Assembly (NCBI RefSeq): GCF_006345805.1
Contig: NC_043005.1
Span: 56,172,001 to 56,236,000, forward strand
Origin: Octopus sinensis
Taxonomy: Eukaryota
DNA: 64,000 nt
Reading direction: 5' to 3'
How positions within the stretch are numbered: the stretch's first letter is position 1; every line of letters starts with the position of its first letter. Positions 37,265 to 50,272 of the stretch are shown here, in pieces. The translations under genes and the position numbers were made by a program. The notes below the pieces were generated by a model. It searched no databases and had not been told where the DNA came from. It was given only the letters and a program-made list of their open reading frames with translations.

Positions 37265-38372
37265 CAGGTACCTTTAACATACTACCAGCATGGATGCCTC
37301 TAATGCATCACCAGCACTGGCCATGACTACAATTCCACTAAGCTTGATGGGTCTTCTCAAGCACAGCAAATCACCAACAATCTCGGTCACTTGTCATTGC
37401 CTCCCATGATATTCAACATCTGAAGATCATATTTCATCTCTTCACCCCATGTCTTCCTGAGTCTACCTCTTCTACAGGTTCCCTCAATAGTTAGAAATTG
37501 GATCTTCTTTATGCAGCTGTCTGCCTGTATGAAACTAGCTGATTTCAATGGAATATTTAAATCATTTGTAGATAATCATAACTGTAATTAGCTCCACATC
37601 CTCTTCCTCCATGTCTCCATAAGAATATGCCTCTTTCTGTAAGAAATCAATTTTTCAACATATCTAACTTCCATGTGAAGATAGATATTGTTGAAAATCT
37701 GATCCAAATTGTGTGGTAAATATCAGGTAATATTACATAACATACAGTGAGTTAAATTAGATTCAATTTAATACATGTAAACATGCTTAAACATAATTTA
37801 ATCTCCTTTTTTTTTTCTCTTTCTCTCATTTTCCTTTGTTGAAAGTGTGTGTTTAAACCATGTATTACAAGACAACATTTAAGATTTTCAAAATTTAGTT
37901 GACTGTTTCTTTTTATTTTCTGTTTCATTTGTAAATTTTTATTATCATTTGTTTCAAATTTATTTTTCTATTTGGAAATAAATACACTCACTTGTAAGTC
38001 AAAATATATTTAAACATAATTGCGTAACATTTTTCTTCTATAAACATGTTAAGTTTACTTAATCTCATGAAAATTTCTTTTATATTTATGAATTTGCTAC
38101 AAAACATATGTTACATATCAAAGTTGTAATCCCAGATTCTTCTTTCTTTCTTTCTATTACATTGAAATCAACTCAGTTGCACACATGTATGCATGCATGT
38201 ATGTGTAGCAGATTAATGTAAGAAACTGTTCAACAGAATGTTTTTAAAATTGAGCCTTGGAATAAATATTTCACGCAATTTTCTAAAATATCAGTTTTTC
38301 TTTTCTTTGAGTTTGCATTTGAAAATCTCCCAATATTTTCCTGGCTTTTTTTTTCTCCTTTTCACATTACAT

Positions 38373-38410
<38 letters not shown>

Positions 38411-39669
38411 ATATATATTTATTTATTTTTCTTATAAAGTTATCCATTACCTTTTTTCGGTTTCTTCATTTTAATTTTCACTCATTTCTTCCTACATCGA
38501 ATTCGAAGATTATTCTGAAAAAATACAGTTAGTCTCTAACCTAGATTTGGACATATTAGTATGTTAGAATGAAATGTATAGCACAGCAATGATTCTACCA
38601 GCTATTTACTAGAGATATCTTGAGAAACCTTTCTAGAATTTAATAAGACTAACATGTATCTGAATAACAAAAAAACTTGAAGACAAAATTACTATTTGCA
38701 AAGAATATGTTGAAAAAGTAAAAGTAGTGTAGAAATAATTATACTTGGAGAATAATTATTAGTATTGTGTGTGTATGTGTGTGTGTGTGTTTACGTTTGT
38801 GGTGAATGTGTTAGTAGTAATAGTAGTAATTTTCTCATTTCTTTGTGCAACAATTTAGCATTCACATTTGTCACTCTATTCCAAATTAGATATTGAAAAC
38901 GCTTTCATCTTGGACTATGCAAATTTAAGTAAAAAAAAAAAAAGTGAAACGAGTTATGAATATCAATTTTAATATTAAATATGCCAGCATGTATTGCTCA
39001 GTGGAATTGTAAATCTTGGTTTGGAAATATTAAATGAGACAAATCTTTCTTAAATTCGAATTGAAGTGTGTGTGTAAGAAGTAGATATTACAGAAAACAA
39101 GATTATCCTTTGTATAACCTTCTATGGAATTTTGCTTAGTATTGCAATATTTCACTTTTATTTGGTGAAGACGTGTGTTAGAGAATGAATACTTCAAAAG
39201 GAACTACCACTTAATCGGTTTTATGTATATATGGTGGGCCATAATTTCTAAATAGCTACATAATCTAGTATTAATGCTGCCTGGTCCTACTTTGTGGTAA
39301 AATAAGTAACTTAAGCAAAAATGGTCAGCCATAAAATCTTTTCTCCCAACCAAAATAGTTGAAAGCAGTGAACTGGGTTATCCATAAACATTACCCATAA
39401 ACTGTGTTAATTGTAAATCCTTCTTTATTATTCCTAACAACCGCAGTTTTATATTTCAAGGCAATATAGATGTGTTGGATAAAAAAACGGTCGTGAATCA
39501 GCCAGGGCACAAAGAAATACAGTGAAAGGCTATATTGGGAAGAAATTTTTGAGCTCTAAACAGAGTTAAAGGAACAGGAATAGACTGACTCATTAAGGAA
39601 AAATCAATTGATCTGACTGATCAAAAAATATCAATAAATTTGGTAGCCCAAAACATAAAGATCAGGTTA

Positions 39670-39890
39670 ATCCTTTTCATACCTTTCTATCTGAGATCTC
39701 CCTTGGTTCTATAATATAAACTTCCTGTTCTAAAGTGATTTGAATTAAAAACCTTTCGTTAAAATTTCATATTTATGTTCCAAACATCAGCTTAATAATG
39801 GCAAAGATATTTTACTAAATACTTAAAGTATTTTCAAAATTAATTAAAACAAAGTGTGTATTTCAACAGACATATAGTAACCAAGTTGAC
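39670..39890. mobile_element. piggyBac-type MITE, family 1, opposite orientation
   Basis: Reverse complement of the family body (gttccaaacatcagcttaataatggcaaag...ttttactaaat), preceded by ttaa. Confidence 0.6.
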
Positions 39891-40453
39891 TGGTTGTAAA
39901 CGTAACTACAGAGGAATGTCTGCAGAAGAAGAAAAATCTTTAAGTTTTGATATTTTTCAAAGAGACCTTGGTAAAATATTCTTGGATACTTTGAGATATT
40001 TCTATTTCCCTTAGGTCCTCACTATTATAAGTCGATTTGAATATACTTATTAAAGCTGTTAGATTAACATAGCTCTGATGTTTGCAATAAAACTTGTTGA
40101 TTGTATTTCTAAAATATTGCAAGTATGAGGGAGCCTTTAGGTAAACATTCCTGAGGGATTAACTCTACTGTCCATTATCAGTTGCCTTGTAATTGACGTC
40201 GTATTTTACTTTATAGATCATTGCTGCCTGAAGCTATACTGGCATCTTAGATTGCGACAGAGCTAATTCCCCAAGTAGAAGTACTTTTACCTGCTACATG
40301 AGAGGCATGCAAAACTCTTTTTCTAGCTTCAGAGAAAAGCCATTTATATTTAATAGAATGATGAAATAATGTCTATTATTGGTTTTTCTTCAAGTCAGAA
40401 CAAGTTTAATATTTTTTTTTTTGGCTTTTTTTTTTTTATTAATTTAAATTCAG

Positions 40454-40532
40454 GAACTAGTGAAACACGAAGAGCAAGCGAACATCACGACAAGCACTTG
40501 ATGTTGTTGTAAATGTAAATGGAAGTTTTTCA
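40454..40532 (+). other. Candidate non-coding (5' UTR/alternative) exon
   Basis: Strong U-tract acceptor ...aatttaaattcag|GAA and donor TCA|gtaagg. Purine- and CpG-rich relative to flanks. Stops in all three frames. Confidence 0.3.
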
Positions 40533-40999
40533 GTAAGGATACCTTGTCAAAAGTAATTTAAGATGCTAAATCATTCCTTTTAATATTATCTTTTCTTTAC
40601 AAATTTTATTTTTCTATTCTTATTATCCTGCCATGCTACACACACACACGCACACACACACACTCAAATTTGACAGATAATCGCTGTCTTACATTTCTAT
40701 ATCTACCTCTTCTGTATTACAGATATTTTTGCCTTTTGATATTTGATATCCAAAGAATTAAAATAAGTCTAACTCTTCATTACATCTTATATCTATTATC
40801 AAAAATAATCAATTATTTGTTTTAGTCATTGTCATCATCATAAACCTCATTATTTTATCCTCATTGCAGCCATACTGAGGTACTGCTTTGAAGGGTTTAC
40901 CAAACTATTAAGTTACATGGATGAGAACAAGCCTATACCCATCATAGGCAGTGAAACAAAAACACAATGACACTTATGCATACTCATACAAAACATATA

Positions 41000-41040
<41 letters not shown>

Positions 41041-42054
41041 TTGAGAAAGTCTGCATTAACTGGGGCTCTGTTAGTTACAGCAGTAGAGTGTTCCAAATTT
41101 ATTTTCTATTTGGATATTTTCTATTTGGCCTACTCATGAAATTAATGTGCAAGTGGCTGAGCACTCCATAGACATATATACCCTTAACGTGGTTCTTGGG
41201 GAGAATCAGCATTACAGAATGGAACAAGGCTAGGTCTTTGATATACAGGTACTATTCATTTTCTTCTAGTTGAGTGGATTAGAGCAATGTTAAATAAAAA
41301 TGTCTTGCTCAAGGACACAAATATACCACCAGGAATGAAATTCAATACGCTAACCACTAAGCCACACATCTTCACAAATATATATGTATATATGTATACA
41401 CACACACGCACACACAGTTGCCACACAGTTTCTATCAGCCAAATTTACTCACAAGACATGGGTCTGTCTGAGGCTATTGAAGAAGAAATTTGCCTGAAGA
41501 GCTGCACAGTGAAACTGAACCTAAACCGCATGGTTGCAGCACAAACTTCTTAACCACACAGCCATGTAGGTGAGGATGGGGCAAGAATACTGGCATATAC
41601 ATTGGGTAGGTGTTATTACATCTCTACATTTATTGTGATATCTTGTCCTCTGATACATGCACAAACTGAGAAAAAGCCAGCCATAATATTTTTGGCACTG
41701 TAGGTTTTTTTGTTGTTTTTTTTTTGGTGGGGAGGTTATCTTTTTCTTTTCTTTCTTACTTGCTTGGCCTGGCGGAAAAGGTAGCAGCTGTGGTTTTCTC
41801 AGGCCTTGCAAGACTAGTAAGACAGATGCTTTTAATGCTCATCTTAAACCATTGCAAATCAGAACCTGTGAGTTAATACCTTTCCTATCACCAACCACTT
41901 TACAATGTGGACTCAGTGCCTTTATTGAGCCACAAACCATAGAGAATTAGTCAATAATAGGATTAAGGAGACTTCATTACCCTTCCTGTCATATAAATTG
42001 AATACAATGATGACAATAAGGATCATGGCAGCACATTTGTAGTGTATAGTTTGT

Positions 42055-42092
<38 letters not shown>

Positions 42093-42095
<3 letters not shown>

Positions 42096-42276
42096 TCATT
42101 TAACATCAATTTTCCATGTTGGCATGGAGTGGACAGTTCAACAGGAGTTGGCAAGCTGGAGAGCTACACCATGCTCTGTTTGTTCTGGCATGATTTCTAC
42201 AGCTGGATGCCCTTCCTAACACCAACCACTTTACAAAGTTACTGGGTGCTTTTTACATAGCACCAGCATAAGTGGG
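42093..42276 (-). mobile_element. RTE-tailed repeat, truncated
   Basis: ttctacagctggatgcccttcctaacaccaaccact core. Confidence 0.75.
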
Positions 42277-42429
42277 TCAAATTTGATGGTACAAGTTTCT
42301 GATCAAAAACATTTCAACTATGGCCATCTCATCTTTTTGGATATCTAGATCAACATTGTTGAATAAGTTCTTACTTTTTTTTTTAAGATGCCAGAGCATG
42401 GTCTACCAGACAGTGATTTTTATTTCTAA

Positions 42430-42655
42430 CAGACATAGTTTGATGGAGGTTGACTGGCATTTCTAGCAGGTAGCGGGTAGGGCTTGATATGAGGGAGATT
42501 GATTGCTCTTCCTTGCAGGTAGAGGGTAGATTGGCTACTGTCTCTGGAAGTTAGCAGATGGGGCATGGCTTAAGGGAGATTGGTTGCTATTTCTAATAGA
42601 CAGAGGGTAGGCCATGGTTTGAGGGAGATTGGCTGCTATTTATAACATGTCTAGT
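42430..42655 (+). repeat. Degenerate about 50-60-bp tandem array of the family D motif
   Basis: About four units of gggtag..catggtttgagggagattggctgctatttctagcag. Confidence 0.65.
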
Positions 42656-44064
42656 GTTTTGGATTGGTAACTGAAGTTCTACTTTAAACTTAAATCTTTC
42701 TAATGACTATTGACAATCTATTCCATCTGTTTTCTACACATATTGTTTCAATAATGTTAGTTCACTTATAATCCTAGTTCATTGTTAATTGGTGGAGATT
42801 ACACAATTTCCAAAAGATAATTAACTGACAAGAGACAATGTATTGGTGATTCTTTATTGTTAGACAACGTCAACTGATTAATGTTAGAAACCTTTTAGAT
42901 TATCTTAGAAGCAATAAAACTACATTTGTTTTGGAATGCTTGGTATAAATTTCAAAAGATTTTAAAAGGAAATCAATGAATGTGTTAATGACAAATTCTA
43001 GAAATGATATCAAAGTTGACAAACTTGATCTAATAAAAAATTTAGAAATATAAAACAGTTTTTTCTAAATCTTGTAAGTGTGTATTAGTGATTAATCATC
43101 TTACAAGTTAAGTTAGTTTCAAGATTAAACAGTCACCATCTTGATGATGTCCTTGAAATACAATCTTCACCGTATGATATATTGTTCTTCCACTTTTCAT
43201 AGTAATTAACTGAGCCAACCACTGAATGTCCCTTTGTGGTCATTTGAACTTCCAGAAATCAGAGCTAAATCTTCCTTGTACCATATTCTACTAACTTAAG
43301 ATATTGGCAGGGTTAGATTAAGACCCATAGAGGTCCAATGCACTTAAAAGATTTTGGTGCCCCCATATATATGTAATTCAAAATAGGAACAATAATAAAC
43401 CATAGAATAAAATTTAATTTTTCAAAATGAAACAAAATTAAATAATGTCTATATGTGTACACTTCCACTTTATTTATATTTCAAAAGTTTTATCCTTTTT
43501 TTTTTATTGCGAAGTTTTTGATCGGATCCTCAAAATTAATCTTGCATAACACATCTACTTCTATACTAAGTTAAGACAAGGCATCCTAGATTTTCTTTTA
43601 GTAAGTTTAAAGTGATTTCTTTTGCTCTCTAAACATTTACCATTTCTGTGGTTCCCCACCTTTCCTTGATGCCCAAAACATGTACTTAGTTTGCTTAATG
43701 GTTAATCCAGCACTGAATATTGGATAATAAAGTCAAGGGTAGCTTTCTACACATGAAAAAATTGTGGGGTTTGAAAGTAGGACACAGACAAATTGCCAGG
43801 TTTAATAAAATGAAGATAATTTAATTTTTTGTTAATAAAGAGGAAAAGGGACAAAGCAATTTCCTTATGTTTCGTTAGAGGGAACCTAGTATTTGTCAAT
43901 TTGAAAACCAGAGGAACACTGGTATATGGTACAGTATTCTTGGACATGAAATGGTCATGTTTAGAATAATCACAGATCTGCTCACTTGGGTCTGACATGG
44001 AATTTGACATCAAACGTCATCTGCTACTTCATAAGCTAAAAAAAGGGTAAAAATTCCCTTCAGT

Positions 44065-44372
44065 AATGAATGACCATGGAATTGCACCTAGAAAGTTCTC
44101 CAAGGTACAAGCCCAAGCAAGGTTGTTTATTGAAAATCAGCAGTCACCCATGCATACCAGCCTCTTCTTTCTACGCCACTAATGTTATCCATGGGAAAAA
44201 GCAAACTTCGATACAGCTTGGCACCAGTGACATTGCAACTAATTTCTACAGCTGAGTGAACTGGAGCAACATGAAATAAAGTGTTTTGCTCAAAAGCACA
44301 ACACACCACCCAGTCCAGGAATCAAACTCACTACCTCATGATTGTGAACCCAACACCCTAACCACTGAGCCA
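44065..44372 (-). mobile_element. tRNA-derived SINE family C, antisense
   Basis: cagctgagtgaactggagcaacatgaaataaagtg...accctaaccactgagcc. Confidence 0.75.
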
Positions 44373-45311
44373 GTTACGTATACTGGCTCATGACACACAT
44401 TACCTGCACCTTGGCTAATGTATCTTATCCGAACAAGTTTCAGTAAAAGTGATATTATTTTTATCTACAGATATTTTTCGATGATTGATTAATGAGTCCT
44501 GTTTTAATGAGGGTGGAAATATATTTTTACTGATTTTATATCTAGTTTTGGTCTGTGGATTATTCATTTTATTTTTTTTTTTGTTTTTGTTCATTTCTGA
44601 GGTGTACTTACAAGGCAAGTGGTTTGATATGAGACTGTGTCAAAACTAAAACAATTTCAGCATGGAAGACACATATCAGCCATTCAAAAATACACAAGGA
44701 CTTAACTTCACTTAAACATTTCACTGTGTAACACGATTTTTGTCCTTGAGTAGCAACTGATATTCCCTATTTGTTTACCCCTAGAAAGTATAAAAAATGA
44801 TTGATATTGCCTACAAATTTTGCTTTTATTACATTTATTCAAATCCCAAAGAATTCCTCTCAGCACATGGCTATAATGCTCCCCCACTACTCCTGTTCGT
44901 CATCAGAGATGCACATATCATCAGCCACTAAGGGACATGTTCAAGTGGTTACAGTCAAGCAATTGACAAGGAAATCTGTGATACTGAGCAGAATATTTGC
45001 TATAATGATATTTCTGCTTCAGCATCTCAGCACTGAATCTGTCTGAAATGTAATGGAAAACAGGTCAGTTTCAAAACATTGATGTCCAAGTCACAAATGC
45101 AAAGTTTGAAGGGAATAGTAGTCAATTCCTTTCATTTCTAGATAGAATCGAATAGGAAATAACATTTATTGACCAAACACGCACAAAAAAAATATATATA
45201 TATATAAATTTTGTTACACAGAGATATCAAAATTTTTGTTGCATGAACTGCAACCTGGTTATGCTGCATCTTAGTGTATCCCCTGTCATCATGATAATGC
45301 ACGTTGAAATG

Positions 45312-45700
45312 AGTGTGTGGTTAAGATTCTTGCTTTGCAACCACCTGATCTTGAGTTCAGTCTCATTGTGCAGCACCTTGGGCAAGTGTCTTCTATTATA
45401 GCCCCAGTCTGACCTATATCTTGTGGGTGAATTTGGTAGACAGAAACTGTGAGGAAACCCACCATATATGTGTGTCTTTGTTCTGTGTTTATTCACCACC
45501 ATCACCACTTGACAACCAGTGTTGGCATGTTTACATCCCTTCAACTTAGTGGTTTGGTAAAAGAGTCAACTAGAGTAAGTACTAGATTGTAAAAAGAAAA
45601 AGATAAATAAATACTGGGATCGATTTGTTCAACTAAAACATTTCTAGGCAATACTCTTGCATGGCTGCAGTCCAACGATTGAAAGAAGTAAAAATAAAAG
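45312..45700 (+). mobile_element. tRNA-derived SINE family A
   Basis: gtgtggttaag...caccttgggcaagtgtcttctattatagcc...aagtaaaaataaaag. Confidence 0.75.
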
Positions 45701-48514
45701 ATATACGAAAATGCCTTCAGTACTGAGCCTTGGGGTTCACCATATATTACAATCAATAGTTCTTAACACACTTCGTTAACCTACTTAAATGCAATCTATT
45801 AATCAGAACTAAGTCGCTCTAAGAAAGCTTTTTTTCTTTTTTTTCTATACACTTATTATACAAGATATGTAAGAGAATCACATAATCAATTGTATGAAAT
45901 TCAGTAGATAGATCCAATGGCAGGCGGTACAAATATGGATCATCAATTGTCATGGCTGTTCTTATAATCATTGATGAACAACATGTGTAATGACTTGTTC
46001 TCTAATTGCCTCACAGAATGCAAACTGATTTCATTGAGAAGTCGACCTACAAGTTTCTCAACTGATTTGCCTTGGATGAAACATGTAATTGGATGGAATT
46101 CATTAAAGTTTCCATTACAATATTTTCATTTCTCATAATAGAACTTGTGCTGTAGAGCATGGACAGTAAGGTTACAATCTGTTTTAACAAAAGAATAAGA
46201 CATTGATAGAAGAGATTAGTTTTGATTATATGTCAAGAAGTGACATAAGGGTGATTTGAAATTTGATAGTACGAGGATTTTACTCAATAATTCTTCGACA
46301 TTCTTCTAAAGATCTTTAGTGCCATAAATCACCAATGTTGATTTGATAACTCTCAAAAATCGAACTATTGAAATAATTGGTATTATTTTATTTTGTTTTG
46401 CATTTTCATTTATATATTTTATTTATTTGTTCAGTTATTCGTTTCAGCAGTAGAAAGAGTTGTTAAATCCATTGTCTGGCATGGATGCATTATGAAAAGT
46501 TGGCAGATGAAGACAATTTCTTCTAATGCATTTTTTCATTTCTTTTATTTTTCTTTCCCTTTTTGACAATTTTTCAAATTTCATTTTAAAGCGATTGTTT
46601 TCCTATATTACACTTAATGGCCGACATTAAACATCATAATAAATAAATTAATAAATAAATAACATGAACTTTCTACTGAAGAAAGGTATTTTGATCTGCC
46701 ATGACTTTACATAAATTCTCATATTGCTAGAATTACTTCTGAAAGACTAGTTTCAATACTTTCTGTTTCCCAAATATATTTTTTATATAATTAGTTATTT
46801 TGTTTTCTGTTCTATATTCAAACTCAGTCAAAAGAACACGTTTCTGTTGTTGTTGCATCTCAGGCATGTCTTGGTCAAACAAGCCTATGATTAAAGATGC
46901 TCCAGGCATGACCACCATTTTTCAGATCTAATGTATCTTAGATCACATTATTCAATGTGTCTTTTCTTTTTTTTTTTAAAGTGGTGAGGTATGTTTTGAG
47001 AGAGATTTGGCTGTTTTTCAACCACATAAAGAGTCCGTCATATCATCATCACATCATTTAATGTCCAGTTTCCATGCTAGCATATATGTGTATGTGTGTC
47101 CAGCTTTGTGTTTGTTCCAACTACCACTTGACAACTGGTGTTGGTTTGTTTACCTCCCTATAATTTTACGATTCAGCAAGGAAACTAACAAAACATGTAC
47201 CAGATTTCAAAATAAGTAATGGGGTCAATTTTCTTGACTAAACCCTCCAAGGCAGTGCATCAACATGGCTGTTGTCCAATGAGTGAAACAAGTAAAAGAT
47301 GAAAGATATATATTGTAATTGGTGCTTGAGGATTTAAGGTTTTGGTACCTGAACTTCTGAATCTAATGATAAGGAATAAGAAACAATGAGAGAAATTATT
47401 TAGGCTTACTGATGTCTAACATGCAAAAACCATTATCCATGTTTATTTTTTTTTTTTACTGTTATTCTAATTTTTCATCCTCTTTTCTCTAGTCTAACAT
47501 CTGATCTCAATGGGTCTGCCATGCACTGTATCAGTCTTTCACCGTCTCATCTGTAAGGTTTTTGAATGCTACTTCCTGAATGCTACTTCCCTCATCACCT
47601 CCTGTCCCCTTTGCCCACAATACTTTTATCGATTGATGTTCGACATCCGTTCTCATCACAAATTTTCTGTGTGTAGTCACATCTCCTACACACATCATAT
47701 GATATCTGTAATGTTTTATCTATTCTCTCAGCTTACCATTTTTTATTTTTTTATTTTGTAATTTTGCTTTTCATTCAACTTGCATGATAGGAATCAAGTG
47801 GATCATGCTTATCCTATCTCTTCCTATTCCAGATATACACATACACACTACAGTACACTATCACTCACACCTTTTATACTCACACCTACATACAGTCTTT
47901 TTTTCCACCCCCACCACATAGTAAAATGTAACTGTTGTTGCATGATGCAACAGCTCCCTGTACTTCTTCTTTACTAGAGCTACTGTATTTTCAATACAGC
48001 TACTTCTTGTACTAATTAGATTTCCTATTTAAAAGAAAAAGAGATATTTAGAAAAACAAAAAAAAAAAGCAAGAAATATTTTGTACTATTTGCAGTGATC
48101 CATATCAGTGAGAAGTATCTTGATGTTATTGGGAGTTATTTTTTCATCTGAATACAATTGTAAGACCAATATCAATTATGTTAACAGCTTTGTAACTGGA
48201 TGTTTTTATGACTTATTAATGTTATGGGGATAATTGACTTAACTTTTCTGGAACCTTTCTTTTTCTCCTCTTTTTTTTTTTATATTGTTCGTGTGTATAT
48301 ATAAATATATGTATCTTTGTGAAAACCCAAAATGGATGAAAAGAATATTGCAAATGCCCACTCTGTGTATCCTGCTGTTTAACAAAGCTGATAACGTGTT
48401 ATATTCAAAATACTTTGAACATGCGATATTTTTCAAAATAAGCTATATATTGCTGACTTAATGGAGTTTTATTTTAGTTTATTAAATTTTTTCCTCTTTG
48501 TTTTTCACCTTCAG

Positions 48515-48661
48515 ATCAAACAAGGATTGGTTGTAATACATGATGGAAGAAATCGTGTTATTACAGCCAGGTTGAAACTCACAGAGGGGTTACTGTCAGT
48601 TCAGAAGGAAGAAATTGTATGTACGTCAGCTAATAGCCAAGAGAACAAAATACTTAATCAG
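48515..48661 (+). CDS. SNTG1: Gamma-syntrophin-like gene, internal coding exon (N-terminal half of split PH1 domain), phase 0/0, 49 aa
   Basis: Polypyrimidine acceptor ...tttttcaccttcag|ATC and donor CAG|gtaaga. Translation IKQGLVVIHDGRNRVITARLKLTEGLLSVQKEEIVCTSANSQENKILNQ resembles the gamma-syntrophin N-terminus as I recall it (human SNTG1 KTGICLLQDG...VRLHLAKDILMIQEQDVICVS). It joins in frame to the PDZ exon. SNTG1 and SNTG2 cannot be distinguished; probably a co-orthologue. Confidence 0.9.
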
Positions 48662-49083
48662 GTAAGAACTTTCTGTTGCATCAACAAAGTAGCTTCTACT
48701 TGGTCGTTCAAATTGCTAGAAATAGCAGTCAGATTCCCTCAAGTTACACTATACCATCTTTAAAAAAGGAGGAAAGACATATTTGTTCATGTCCTTGAAA
48801 AAAAATACTAATCTCACCAATGTAGGTGTAGCTGGGTGAATAAGGTATTCTCTTGTATTCTCAAGGTTTTAAATTCTATCTCAATGCATGGAAAGTTAAG
48901 CAAGTGTCTGTAGTGTTAGATCAACAAATACCTTGTGAGTGGAATTAATAAACAGAAACTGTATAGAAGCCTGTCAGATTTATGCTATCCTGGGTGGGGG
49001 GGGCTCTCTTTTGCTTTACAAACTACATGGTGACTAGTGCTGATGCGACAGAAAAACCTCCTGTACACAATTTTAAAAAAGGC

Positions 49084-49499
49084 TACTAATAATTTTATGC
49101 TGTAGAGATACAGATGCAATAATTTGGCAGATTTCTATAACATGTCATGTGTCTCCAAGCAATCTTTCAGGCTCCATGCATACTGTCAGACCTGTTTGAA
49201 AACCATGACACTAGTCTGTGATAAAACACGAGAAAAATAACTGGAAGAAAAGTGCAAAGACGGTTAATGCAAAAAGTGAAACAAGAAGAAAGAAAAATAA
49301 AGGAAAAAAAACCAAAATCTTTATCCTCTTTGTCTGTAGAAATCAAAGATCTAGCCAAGAGGAGGTGAAAGTAGTGAGATAGCTACTCAATTCAGAGGTC
49401 TGATGGTATACAGTGAGCCTGAAAGAGTGCATGAAGATACATGGCATGTTATAGAAATTTGCCAGATTATTGTATTTCTACAGTATGAAACTATTAGTA
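49084..49499. repeat. Intronic inverted repeat (arms about 105-110 bp, spacer about 200 bp)
   Basis: 49084-49193 vs the reverse complement of 49396-49499, roughly 75-80% identical by eye. Confidence 0.8.
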
Positions 49500-49591
49500 A
49501 CACATTTTTAAAATTGTGTCTATTAAATGATGTTTATCTTTCACTGGATAGAGTACTTATTTGTTGATCCTGTCAATAACAGAATGGTAAA

Positions 49592-49930
49592 TCATCATCA
49601 TTATCGTTTAACATCCGCTTTCCATGCTAGCATGGGTTGGACGATTTTGACTGAGGGCTGGCGAACCAGATGGCTGCATCAGGCTCCAATCTTGATCTGG
49701 CAGAATTTCTACAGCTGGATGCCCTTCCTAATGCCAACCACTCCAAGTGTGTAGTGGATGCTTTTTACATGAAACTGGCACGAGGGGCCAGTCAGGCGGT
49801 ACTGGCAACGACCTCGCTCGAATCTTTTTATACATGCCACCAGCACAGGTGCCAGTAAGGTGACGCTGGTAACGAACACGCTCGAATAGTGCCTTTTACA
49901 TGCCACCGGCATGGAAGCCAGTTAGCCGCT
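49592..49930 (-). mobile_element. RTE-tailed repeat, same family, antisense
   Basis: (ATC)n then cgtttaacatccgctttccatgctagcatgggttggacg; reverse complement of 1752-2034. Confidence 0.85.
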
Positions 49931-50272
49931 ATATGTGAGTGTGTGTTTGTGTATGTGTGTGCATAAGAGAGATGTTAATAGTTAATTGTGTGGCTAGCAT
50001 CAGGAAATACATTCAAATATAAAATTCCAAATGAGTTTTATCCCAGGATTTTCCGGTGCTTAGTTTATTGACCATGGAATAATGAAAGGTAAAGTTAAGT
50101 GTGGTAGAATGTGAACTCAAAACATGAAGACCCAGAACAAACGGGGAAAGGCATTTCATCAGATGCGGTCAGATTCTTCCAGTCCAAGGCACATAATCTC
50201 TCACACATGCCTAATACTGCACATATGCCTACATAACACTTTAGTTTGGGAAGATGGTGAAATGTTGTTTAA

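Noticed and set aside
41494-41514. CTGAAGA-GCTGCACAGT-GAAA hammerhead-like core
   Set aside because: No helix I or III, and it aligns to the decayed core of an antisense family A SINE, so coincidental.
44860-44924. C/D-box snoRNA-like motifs (UGAUGA...CUGA twice) on the minus strand
   Set aside because: Antisense to the host gene, no convincing terminal stem, and it lies in what looks like an interspersed repeat where CpG decay readily creates TGA.
46617-46646. ATG GCC GAC ATT AAA (MADIK) resembling a syntrophin start
   Set aside because: Runs into a stop after nine codons with no splice donor.
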